Positions 56,137-64,000 of a DNA stretch of 64,000 nt are shown here, piece by piece. Origin of the DNA: an uncultured Candidatus Saccharibacteria bacterium (GTDB taxonomy: Bacteria > Patescibacteriota > Saccharimonadia > Saccharimonadales > AWTP1-31); assembly GCA_964409615.1 (NCBI GenBank), contig CAYPDT010000001.1:371880-435879 (forward strand), written 5' to 3'. Both the position numbers and the translations under genes were made by a program. Position 1 is the first letter of the stretch. Each line of letters starts with the position of its first letter. The notes under the pieces are model-generated. The model was not told the origin of the DNA. It saw nothing but the letters and a program-made list of their open reading frames with translations, and ran no database searches.

Positions 56137-57634
56137 TCTTCTTAACCGAATTACCATGTACAAACTCCTACTCTGGGGGCTTCGTGCACTATTTGCCATA
56201 TCCTGGATATTTAGCATTGCTGGTGTATTGCCGTACGGCGCTGTTCGCCCATTAGTTAGCATCAGCATACTTATCGGTGTGAGCTTTGTAATTAATTTTA
56301 TCCTAGCCAAACTATACAAAGTTGCCGCCAACAGTGAATCTACCAATATTACTGCCCTGCTGTTATATTTTTTGTTCCAACCACCTCGCACTATTAGAGA
56401 AGGTATTGCTCTTGGGCTAGCGGCGGTCATTGGTATTGCTTGCAAATATGTGGTGGTCTACAAAGAACGACACATATTTAACCCTGCCGCCTTTGGTGCG
56501 GCAGTCATTGGACTAACAAGCTTGTTATATACCCGCTGGTGGGTTGGCGGAGGTAGTATGTTTATTTTTGTATGTATTTTGGGCTTGTTGCTGGTACGAA
56601 AAATCCATCGTTTTCCAATGGTGCTAACTTTTGTCTTTACAGCAGTGGCACTGAGCGTATTTCGTAATCCTAGCACATCATCTGCCTTCGAGTTAGTACG
56701 CCACACCTTAGTATCCTTCCCTATCCTATTCCTGGGAGTCACCATGCTTACCGAGCCTGTCACTACACCACCGCGCCGATACCAACAAGTACTGTATGGC
56801 CTTGTAGTGGGGCTGCTTGTTAGCTCGGGTCTGCATATCGGCGACCGCTACCTCACACCAGAATTAGCATTATTAGTAGGCAACTTACTGGTGTTTATTT
56901 TAGCAATCCGCGGCCGACAACCACTACTTAAAGAGTCTGTGAATGAAATCGGCAAGACTATTTTTGAATACCGCTTTAAGCCTGCAATGCCGCTTGCCTA
57001 TACGCCGGGCAAGTACGTAGAACTAACCCTTCCCCTTCAAAAAACAGACTTTAGGGGTAATCGCCGAACATTCACCATTGCATCATCACCAACCGAAAAA
57101 GATATCTTATTTGGTATCAAAGAGGTTGCCCCCACTAGTGCCTTCAAAACAGCGCTTCGAGCCATAGACACAGGCCATGAAGTCACGGCAAACAACTTGG
57201 CTGGTGACTTTTTACTACCCACTAACCCCAAACAGAAACTTGTCTTTATTGCCGGCGGTATTGGCGTCACTCCTTTCAGGAGCATGGCCAAGTACTTAAC
57301 TGATACCAAACAAAAGCGCAACATAACCTTGTTCTACTGTGTTAGCGACCCCAAACAAATTGTCTACAAAGATATTTTTAAAGAAGCCGAAGAAATTGGG
57401 CTAAAAGTAGTGTACGTGTTAAATCCTGGCAAAGACCAGCCCGTGCCTTCTAATTGGAAGGGGGAGACCGGTTTTTTGACCAAGGAACTCATCAGCAAGC
57501 ATGTTCTTGATTACGACAGCCGAGTATTCTACATATCTGGGCCAGACGTAATGGTGCAAGCCAATAAAAAACTACTACGTAGTATTGGGGTAAAGCGGCA
57601 CAACATTAAGACTGACTACTTCTCGGGCTACTAG
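56102..57634 (+). CDS. fusion of an RnfD/NqrB-like membrane domain with a ferredoxin-NADP reductase-like FAD/NAD(P)H module
   Basis: N-terminal polytopic region with HIFNPAAFG and MLTEPVTTP motifs. The C-terminal region has RRTFTIASSP (FAD) and FIAGGIGVTPF (NAD). An alternative start MKQIDN lies at 56120. Confidence 0.75.
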   Translation: MQEKFLMKQIDNLLNRITMYKLLLWGLRALFAISWIFSIAGVLPYGAVRPLVSISILIGVSFVINFILAKLYKVAANSESTNITALLLYFLFQPPRTIREGIALGLAAVIGIACKYVVVYKERHIFNPAAFGAAVIGLTSLLYTRWWVGGGSMFIFVCILGLLLVRKIHRFPMVLTFVFTAVALSVFRNPSTSSAFELVRHTLVSFPILFLGVTMLTEPVTTPPRRYQQVLYGLVVGLLVSSGLHIGDRYLTPELALLVGNLLVFILAIRGRQPLLKESVNEIGKTIFEYRFKPAMPLAYTPGKYVELTLPLQKTDFRGNRRTFTIASSPTEKDILFGIKEVAPTSAFKTALRAIDTGHEVTANNLAGDFLLPTNPKQKLVFIAGGIGVTPFRSMAKYLTDTKQKRNITLFYCVSDPKQIVYKDIFKEAEEIGLKVVYVLNPGKDQPVPSNWKGETGFLTKELISKHVLDYDSRVFYISGPDVMVQANKKLLRSIGVKRHNIKTDYFSGY

Positions 57635-57660
57635 CCCCCTCGACAATTCACTTTTGCTTG

Positions 57661-57679
57661 TCCAAGGTCGGACCTTGGA
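57661..57679. repeat. extragenic palindrome copy 5 (TCCAAGGTC-G-GACCTTGGA)
   Basis: Lies 27 nt after the stop at 57634. Its left flank CTTG is identical to copy 1. Confidence 0.85.
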
Positions 57680-57765
57680 AAGACATAAAAGGTGAGGCTT
57701 GCGTTGCATTACTATATTTTGTATAGTAATGCAGTAAGGTACGTTCTAAATCTGGAGGAATAGTT

Positions 57766-58701
57766 ATGAAAGCAGCACAAATTAACGAATATGGTCACGC
57801 TGATAAAATAGCCGTGGTAGAAGTAGATGCACCTACAGCAACAGAAGGGACGGTTGTAATACATGTACAGGCCGCAAGTATCAACCCTTTTGATACGGTT
57901 GTGCGTGAAGGATACATGAAAGAAATGATTCCTTTGGACTTGCCTGTGACACTTGGCGGAGATATCGCTGGTGTTATTGCTGAAGTCGGTAAGGATGTAG
58001 CTAACCTGCAAGTCGGCGACACCGTTTACGGACAAGCAAATGTAGTTGCCGGTAACAGTGGTGCGTTTGCAGAATTTGCACGAACCAGCAGCACGCAGGT
58101 GGCTAAAGCACCATCGAATCTAACCATTCAACAAGCCGCTTCCCTACCCCTCGTTGGCGTAAGCGCATTACAAGCATTGCTGGACCATATCAACCTGCAA
58201 TCTGGTCAGAAACTGTTTATCCATGGTGGTGCAGGTGGCATTGGCTCTATTGCAATCCAAGTCGCGAAGCATCTTGGTGCGTATGTTACAACCACCGCAA
58301 CTGGTGATGGTATCGATTTTGTAGAAAGCCTGGGCGCAGATGAAGTAATTGACTATAAGGCTGAAGATTTTAGTGAAAAACTGTCTGACTTTGATGCAGT
58401 CTTTGAATTAGCCGGGGGTAAAGAGTTCGATAAAACACTGACAATCCTTAAAAAAGGTGGCGTTGCGGTATCTATGAATGCCCAGGCAAATGAAGCTAAA
58501 GCAACTGAGCTGGGCGTGACTGCCATAAGCCAGATGACACAAGTTACCAGTGAGAAACTCGAAAAACTAACACAGCTGGTAGAAGAAGGTATTGTCACAC
58601 CGCAAAATGAAAAAACGTTCAGTCTGGCTGAAATTAGTAAAGCATTTGAAGCACGTGAGTCGGGCTCTGTTAAGGGTAAGATTGTTATCGCAATAGCGTA
58701 A
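57766..58701 (+). CDS. NADPH:quinone-oxidoreductase-like medium-chain dehydrogenase/reductase
   Basis: MDR fold with the GGAGGIGS Rossmann motif. GGAGG RBS. Confidence 0.85.
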   Translation: MKAAQINEYGHADKIAVVEVDAPTATEGTVVIHVQAASINPFDTVVREGYMKEMIPLDLPVTLGGDIAGVIAEVGKDVANLQVGDTVYGQANVVAGNSGAFAEFARTSSTQVAKAPSNLTIQQAASLPLVGVSALQALLDHINLQSGQKLFIHGGAGGIGSIAIQVAKHLGAYVTTTATGDGIDFVESLGADEVIDYKAEDFSEKLSDFDAVFELAGGKEFDKTLTILKKGGVAVSMNAQANEAKATELGVTAISQMTQVTSEKLEKLTQLVEEGIVTPQNEKTFSLAEISKAFEARESGSVKGKIVIAIA

Positions 58702-58707
58702 CGAAAA

Positions 58708-59154
58708 TTAGTTCTTAGCTGAAAAGAAGAAGTCGAACCAAGCTTGTAAGTTCCTTTGATACGCAGGCTTGGCGGCTTCTTTTTGCTTTTTGACATCGAC
58801 TGGTTTTTTTACTGCCACCGAGTTTGCCAACGCTACGCTTTTGGGCACTATATAGACTGTCTCGCCGGGGGCTGCTTTACCAAATTTCTGGCGGGCTGCT
58901 AGCTCGAGATACTGATCTGTCTTGAGGTATTCGTTACGAAGCTTGAGGTTAGTGTTCTCGAGCTTATCGACGCCGTTCTGCTGACTGAGTTCAGAGATTT
59001 GCTTTTGTAACTCGTAGTTAGTCTGAATCGATTTAATACCGCTCCAGGTTACTAGCAAAGCGATGACACCAAAGGCCAATAACCCCAGTAGCCGCGTATC
59101 GTTGAGGGCGCGCAAAGTTGGTCGGCCGAAGTAATCTTTTATTTTTTCAAACAT
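58708..59154 (-). CDS. septum formation initiator (FtsB/DivIC-like)
   Basis: Single TM helix followed by a coiled coil (QTNYELQKQISELSQQN...LRNEYL...YLELAARQKFG). Confidence 0.7.
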   Translation of the reverse strand: MFEKIKDYFGRPTLRALNDTRLLGLLAFGVIALLVTWSGIKSIQTNYELQKQISELSQQNGVDKLENTNLKLRNEYLKTDQYLELAARQKFGKAAPGETVYIVPKSVALANSVAVKKPVDVKKQKEAAKPAYQRNLQAWFDFFFSAKN

Positions 59155-59313
59155 CTGCAGTCATTATATCAATAGTGGTAGTGGTATACTGCACCTATGA
59201 GTAAAACCACTACAAAAACTAAGAATAAAACGATTAAAACACCAGCTAAACAAAAAAGCGACTTCTTTTTAGTGCTCCTCTGACTTTCCGGAGTTTCAGC
59301 TATCTCGTACATT

Positions 59314-59610
59314 ATGGCTCTCATGCCTAAAGTCGTTACTGAAACCCTGGGCTCTGTACCTACTGGTTGGTACGCATATTGGGCAGTAAGCGGAACAGTC
59401 TTTGCAGTTGGATTGTACCTGACTATTCGTCGCAAGTTAATCGGGCTAAAGCTTCTGGTAGCTATTAGCGTGATAGACGCCATCTTACCCTACCTCATCT
59501 TCAGTCAGCAGCGAAATTCAGATGGCATCTGGGATGTTGTTACCAATCTTGGTTTTGCGGCACTTTGGGTGTTGTTCTTGAAGCGCAATCCAAAATTCCT
59601 ACAAGACTAA
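59314..59610 (+). CDS. hypothetical small membrane protein
   Basis: 98-aa ORF with 3 predicted TM helices. It is preferred over the overlapping antisense ORF 59169-59483, but the choice is not secure. Confidence 0.4.
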   Translation: MALMPKVVTETLGSVPTGWYAYWAVSGTVFAVGLYLTIRRKLIGLKLLVAISVIDAILPYLIFSQQRNSDGIWDVVTNLGFAALWVLFLKRNPKFLQD

Positions 59611-59625
59611 CTGTCTGCTGATTTG

Positions 59626-60363
59626 TTAGAGGTCAAAGTCGTTCATGGCCTGTTCTTCCAGGTCTGATAATAAAAGCGCGCTAACATGCCTGGCTTCGGC
59701 CTCTTTAGCAGTATCTATTTCGCCATTAGCGATATCTTTTACCGTGTCGATAGTAGCTGCTAGCTGGCCATCAACATTATTAACAAACACAAAACGGTCA
59801 TCATTAACAGTTTGAGCCAGTACTTTAATAGTGTAGTCTAATGATTCGATAGTGCGCAGCAAACCGACCTGAGGAAGGCGCTCTGCAAAAAACCGTGGAA
59901 TATACTGCTCTGGAGGGCTAACCATAAACAAGTGCACGATTCCCTTGAAGGGTAATCTATTCATTTCGAGGGCGCCGCTGGCTGAGATATCCATAATAGT
60001 TCGTGGAGCGTAATCCTGCACATAATTACCGTACACAAAGCCTCCCAGCCCCTGCTGTACCTGTACAAGTTTGCCTTCTTCAGCATCTTCTAATATCGCC
60101 TGGTACTCTGCCGGGGTATCAAGCCGCCACCGATATCCAGCTGACTCTCCAGGTCGTTGTGGTCGTGTTGTGAAAGCGGTTAACAGGTGTAGCTCAGGAG
60201 AGATATTAGCCAAGACCGCAGTTTTGCCAACCGCTTGTGGGCCAGACAACGTTACCAATAAATCCACCTCTGTTTGTAGCCGACTGCAAACATCTGAATT
60301 TGGCGTGTATTTTCCAGCAAGCTCACTAAAGTATTGTGCTTGTTGAGATTTCATTTGTGACAT
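59626..60363 (-). CDS. guanylate-kinase-like P-loop protein (divergent)
   Basis: LSGPQAVGKT Walker A, followed by TTRPQRPGESAGYRW, echoing the GK motif TTR.pR.GE.dG.dY. Confidence 0.5.
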   Translation of the reverse strand: MSQMKSQQAQYFSELAGKYTPNSDVCSRLQTEVDLLVTLSGPQAVGKTAVLANISPELHLLTAFTTRPQRPGESAGYRWRLDTPAEYQAILEDAEEGKLVQVQQGLGGFVYGNYVQDYAPRTIMDISASGALEMNRLPFKGIVHLFMVSPPEQYIPRFFAERLPQVGLLRTIESLDYTIKVLAQTVNDDRFVFVNNVDGQLAATIDTVKDIANGEIDTAKEAEARHVSALLLSDLEEQAMNDFDL

Positions 60364-60432
60364 AAAGTATTATTCTGACATATTTTTGGTATTTTTACCA
60401 TTACCAAGCGATGGACTTTTCTTCTGTGTCTC

Positions 60433-60441
60433 TGTTATAAT
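60433..60441 (+). promoter_or_regulatory. extended -10 promoter (TGTTATAAT) for the tRNA
   Basis: Ends 19 nt upstream of the mature tRNA 5' end. Confidence 0.4.
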
Positions 60442-60460
60442 CCTCTCTGTTAACCATCTT

Positions 60461-60536
60461 GGGGGTGTAGCTCAGTGGTTAGAGCAGCGGGCTCATAACC
60501 TGTTGGTCGAAGGTTCAATTCCTTCCACCCCCACCA
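60461..60536 (+). tRNA. tRNA with anticodon CAT, tRNA-Ile2 (lysidine)-like
   Basis: GGGGGTGTAGCTCAGTGGTTAGAGCAGCGGGCTCATAACCTGTTGGTCGAAGGTTCAATTCCTTCCACCCCCACCA. The D-arm and variable region resemble E. coli ileX as I recall it. tilS is present in the window. Confidence 0.75.
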
Positions 60537-60544
60537 GAAAGAAG

Positions 60545-60572
60545 ACCATCCAATCGGATGGTTTTTGTTTTT
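60545..60572 (+). terminator. intrinsic terminator after the tRNA
   Basis: ACCATCC-AATC-GGATGGT followed by TTTTTGTTTTT. Confidence 0.7.
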
Positions 60573-60621
60573 CGTCATATGGGGCTAGGCTGTAGTTTTT
60601 GCCCAAAGCTAAGGGAATGTA

Positions 60622-61485
60622 TTATAGAAGTTTTGATACAAAAATTAATGTGAGCCCAATAAATGCCATTACTGCTGCAGCAATCTTACGCTTCAAATAA
60701 TCCCGCTCATTGAGCAGAAGAGCCCCAAGAATAACAATTATAACGACGCCGAGGCTAGATAGGTATGTACTTACACTCAGCAGACCACCAGCATTAAATG
60801 CCAACGTAAAGCCAAAAGCAGAAAGTGCTCGCAAGAGCATCAAGCTTAATGTACGTGGTTCAGTAAAGATTCCCGGCTTAATTTTTCCGCCGCGAACTAA
60901 TAAGACGGCCCACATTATCACTGCCGCAAGTACCATCACCGGAATCATATATCCCATGTAGCCTACTTGTTTTATGAGTTCTTTTTCATTCAAGTTTAAG
61001 AAACTTATGACTATAGAGGCTGATAATCCCCACCTAATGCCGAGCGTAGTCAACTCACGACGCCCCTTTTGTTTTACAGCCACTACGGAAGCAAAGATTA
61101 AAAGGCCACCAATAACCTGGAGAGGGAGTAGATTCTCATCGAGAAATACAACACCTAGAATAGTAGTAAAGATAATACGTAAGTTATATAGAACCGAATA
61201 CACACCTGCTTCTAAGTATTGGAGTGATTTAACATTAGTGAGGTGAAGCAATACAATAAGGATTGCTGTCAATATCATCTGCACCACTGTTGCTGGGGTA
61301 AATATTGCGAGGTCAGGGAATTTAAATGGTGCAAGAATTAAAAGCGGGACCGCGATACCCGTCTGCATTATAGTTGCCAAGGTCCACTTATCGACTTTTT
61401 CCAATATAGACTTGCGTAGGATTAAATTGTAACCAACAAGTCCTATCAGATGAAGCAATATAAATATAATCCACATGTTACGCAT
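60622..61485 (-). CDS. EamA/DMT-family transporter
   Basis: 287 aa with 10 predicted TM helices and a duplicated EamA-like layout. Confidence 0.75.
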   Translation of the reverse strand: MRNMWIIFILLHLIGLVGYNLILRKSILEKVDKWTLATIMQTGIAVPLLILAPFKFPDLAIFTPATVVQMILTAILIVLLHLTNVKSLQYLEAGVYSVLYNLRIIFTTILGVVFLDENLLPLQVIGGLLIFASVVAVKQKGRRELTTLGIRWGLSASIVISFLNLNEKELIKQVGYMGYMIPVMVLAAVIMWAVLLVRGGKIKPGIFTEPRTLSLMLLRALSAFGFTLAFNAGGLLSVSTYLSSLGVVIIVILGALLLNERDYLKRKIAAAVMAFIGLTLIFVSKLL

Positions 61486-61548
61486 ATTGTACCTTACTGA
61501 TGTGCCCTTCCCAGCTTAAACTTGATGTTTCTTTGCTATAGTAGAATC

Positions 61549-62385
61549 ATGAAAACAAAATCTGGCAAGTCTATTGCACCAATTGGTATCGGAACTTGGA
61601 ATGTTAGCAGTCTCTATAAGCCTGAGAATGGGCACACAAAATATCGTGGAACCGAACCTTCTTATGGGAGTGAAGAGCAAGATATTGCGGCCATTCAATA
61701 CTCAATATCTCTTGGACAAAACCATATTGATTGCGCCGAAATGTATGGCGCCTTCTACACCGATGAGGTGGTAGGGCGAGCTATTCGTGACATGAATCGA
61801 GAAGACCTCTTTATTGCAGATAAGCTTTGGAAGACTAGTGTAGAAAAAGGCAAGGTCCGTGCAACAGTCGAACGTATGTTAAAAAAACTTGGCACAGATT
61901 ACATCGATTTACTCTACATACATGCTCCCTGGAAAGATGTGCCATGGGAAGAAGCTATACCACAGATAGATGAGCTCATCGACGAAGGACTAGTTAGATA
62001 TTTTGGAGTAAGCAATTTTACTATCGATGATATGCAAAAGGCATCAAAAATTAGCAAACACCCTATTGCAGCAAACCAGATGAACTTCAATGTGTTGTAC
62101 AAAGCAGAGGTCGACAAGAATTTTAAAGACTATTGCGAGACGCATCGTATACAGATTGTCGCCTACCAACCCATCAAGCGCAAAGAGGTACTAGATAATC
62201 CAACTATCCGGGCTATTGCAAAAAATCATAACGCCACCGAAGCACAGGTAGCTATTGCATGGTTACTAGCCCAGCAGACGTTACCGATACCTAAAGCCAT
62301 TCAAAAAGCACATATTGATGATAATCTTGGTGCTTTGGAACTAACATTAGATGCCAAAGAGCTAGCAACGCTTGACCAACTTTAA
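61549..62385 (+). CDS. aldo/keto reductase
   Basis: AKR pattern (IGIGTW...IDCAEMYG...LYIHAP...GVSNF). I place the start at MKTKSGK (61549); the track ORF starts at 61522. Confidence 0.85.
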   Translation: MKTKSGKSIAPIGIGTWNVSSLYKPENGHTKYRGTEPSYGSEEQDIAAIQYSISLGQNHIDCAEMYGAFYTDEVVGRAIRDMNREDLFIADKLWKTSVEKGKVRATVERMLKKLGTDYIDLLYIHAPWKDVPWEEAIPQIDELIDEGLVRYFGVSNFTIDDMQKASKISKHPIAANQMNFNVLYKAEVDKNFKDYCETHRIQIVAYQPIKRKEVLDNPTIRAIAKNHNATEAQVAIAWLLAQQTLPIPKAIQKAHIDDNLGALELTLDAKELATLDQL

Positions 62386-62525
62386 CTAGCTCATAACACA
62401 TCTCTAGGTGTGGTAATTCGTTGGTGAGACAGCCCATGCAAATTACTATAAACCGTATACCTAAGCAATTTCCGTTAGCATGTCGATTCCAACCAAAATT
62501 TTAGACTAGTGAGCAATTATGTAGT

Positions 62526-63161
62526 ATGGTAAGTCTCATGCCACAAGAGTTTCGGGGAGCTTTACCGCCTGTCAGCGTTGATACGCATTTTCAAAACGTA
62601 CCTCATGTTTGGGAGGTGGCTGTTGACCAATTTGCTTATCGAGATTATCTTCTAGAAGCTGGGTTGCCGGAACATCTTACTGGGAACGTGGAGCTGTTAG
62701 TTCGTCCTGATTACACATTAGGCTATACGCGCCTTGAACGCCTGAAGATGTTTATGCGTAATCCTTTTTTTGATTCTATTTCAGGTAGTTGTGAAGATTT
62801 AGGGGATGATCGTGTCAGAGTCACTATTGTATACGGCACCCACTATGGCGTAAACAAATTACTGCGGCATGAAACGCAACATGCCATTGAAATGCTTAGT
62901 GGTGATAATGAATGTACTGCAGATGTTCGGCTTTCAAAACTAGCAATTGGCCCATTTGCGGTTGGCGAGGCAATCTCTATTGCTAGTGGTGAGCGAGTGC
63001 CTGGCTTGATTGGCAGCCTGGCAACATTGGGAATCTCTGCTAAATACTTTTTCGACCGTTGGCGCCAGAACCAAGTAGAAGAACGTCGTGCTGATACTGC
63101 TATGCTAGATAAAAAATTAGCCAACAGAGCTCCAATAATCCAAGTCAGACGACGTAAGTAA
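62526..63161 (+). CDS. hypothetical protein with HExxH motif
   Basis: 211-aa ORF. HETQH at ...LLRHETQHAIEM... suggests a zinc metallopeptidase-like site. Two hydrophobic segments are present near the C-terminus. Confidence 0.45.
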   Translation: MVSLMPQEFRGALPPVSVDTHFQNVPHVWEVAVDQFAYRDYLLEAGLPEHLTGNVELLVRPDYTLGYTRLERLKMFMRNPFFDSISGSCEDLGDDRVRVTIVYGTHYGVNKLLRHETQHAIEMLSGDNECTADVRLSKLAIGPFAVGEAISIASGERVPGLIGSLATLGISAKYFFDRWRQNQVEERRADTAMLDKKLANRAPIIQVRRRK

Positions 63162-63205
63162 ATAGCGACCTATACCGGTGCGACAACTAGGCATATACTG
63201 TATAT

Positions 63206-63673
63206 ATGACTAAAAGTGAATCGTTCCCTCATGTTCAAGAGTTTTTACAAGCAAATCATGTTGGTGTGCTTTCAACAGTTGGCGAATCGCAGCAGCCACT
63301 CGGTTCGGCCGTATATTTTGTAACTGACGAAGAATTTAATATCTATTTTGTTACGCGCGTCGAGACGCAGAAATACAAGAATATCGAGCAGAACGCCAAA
63401 GTCGCATTGACAGTAGTGGAAGCTACACAGCAAACCACCGTGCAGCTAAGTGGAAATGTGGCCAAACTGCCTGCCCACGATTATGCAGACATTGTCTTTG
63501 ACAAGCTTGCTGCCCTCAAACCCGCCAAAGACGCAGATTGGGCACCACCGATTGAAAAAGTACACAAGGGTGATTACATTGCCCTAAAAATTACACCGAC
63601 ACACTTACAGTACGCCAACTACAGTAAAGCCTACCGAGAATTTAACCAAGTTTTCATCGAAAAAATCGTGTAA
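63206..63673 (+). CDS. pyridoxamine 5'-phosphate oxidase family protein (general-stress-protein-26-like)
   Basis: 155-aa split-barrel pattern (...HVGVLSTVGE...PLGSAVYFV...FYFVT...KYKNI..N). Confidence 0.7.
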   Translation: MTKSESFPHVQEFLQANHVGVLSTVGESQQPLGSAVYFVTDEEFNIYFVTRVETQKYKNIEQNAKVALTVVEATQQTTVQLSGNVAKLPAHDYADIVFDKLAALKPAKDADWAPPIEKVHKGDYIALKITPTHLQYANYSKAYREFNQVFIEKIV

Positions 63674-63740
63674 TCTGTTCGATGGTTTAGTCTCGCTTAC
63701 TTCTCTGTATGCGTGCTTGGGTTAATTAGGTTTAGATAGG

Positions 63741-64000
63741 CTAACTTAGTAACGCACCACCGTCGACAACAATCTGCTCGCCGGTCATGTAGCTGGACAT
63801 ATCGCTAGCCAAGAACAAAGTGACAGTCCCAATTTCATCGGCTTCACCCATGCGGTGCATAGGAATCTTAGCCATGAAGGCTTTGGTTGCGTCTTCGTTG
63901 GGTTCTGCGCCTTGGCTCATGGCTGCCACACCCGGGGTAGCAATGCCGCCAGGGGCAATGGCATTAACCCAAATATTATGAGCCGAAAGCTCAAGGGCAG
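63741..64000 (-). CDS. short-chain dehydrogenase/reductase, partial (5' end outside window)
   Basis: The frame is open to the window edge. Own translation gives ...HNIWVNAIAPGGIATPG...IPMHRMGEADEIGTVTLFLASDMSSYMTGEQIVVDGG, a classic SDR C-terminus. Confidence 0.85.
   Translation of the reverse strand, partial: ALELSAHNIWVNAIAPGGIATPGVAAMSQGAEPNEDATKAFMAKIPMHRMGEADEIGTVTLFLASDMSSYMTGEQIVVDGGALLS

Noticed and set aside
59169-59483. 104-aa minus-strand ORF overlapping the 59314-59610 plus-strand ORF.
   Set aside because: Only its C-terminal 45 aa look like a membrane segment and the rest is not convincing. A shorter minus-strand ORF (about 59169-59324) could coexist with the plus-strand gene, but I cannot support it from sequence alone.

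Overview
The window is a gene-dense chromosomal segment with standard-code ORFs. Its gene content and protein styles resemble a small-genome Patescibacteria/CPR bacterium, possibly Saccharibacteria-like; this is inference only, since no searches were run. Recognisable housekeeping genes include hrcA-grpE and a separated dnaK, each behind CIRCE operators. Others are lepA, murJ, ftsH, tilS, tgt, queA, bcp, cutA, a Y-family polymerase, an SRAP protein, an FtsB-like protein, and all three CAU-anticodon tRNAs (elongator Met, initiator-like, Ile2-like). Between these lie many secreted or membrane proteins without assignable function.

The items most worth a second look are:
1. Two translationally coupled gene pairs, each a dockerin-bearing secreted protein followed by a membrane-anchored cohesin protein (2965-5999 and 51462-54015).
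2. A 2,281-aa surface protein of GLUG-type repeats and FN3 domains, fused at its C-terminus to a histidine-kinase core. A membrane hairpin separates its H-box from its ATPase domain.
3. A 4,172-bp IS1595-type element with about 22-bp imperfect inverted repeats, a 9-bp target duplication and passenger genes. It splits a CSLREA/LAETG sortase-type surface-protein gene, and removing it in silico restores a 620-codon frame.
4. A perfect about 19-25 bp palindrome present five times, always just outside gene 3' ends.
5. An FMN-binding protein, ApbE and RnfD-FNR fusion operon whose first gene carries a 1-nt frameshift.
6. A GC-rich structured leader or sRNA candidate upstream of a Nudix gene.
7. Several apparently leaderless genes with a -10 box 6-7 nt before the start codon.

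No CRISPR array, rRNA or prophage was seen.
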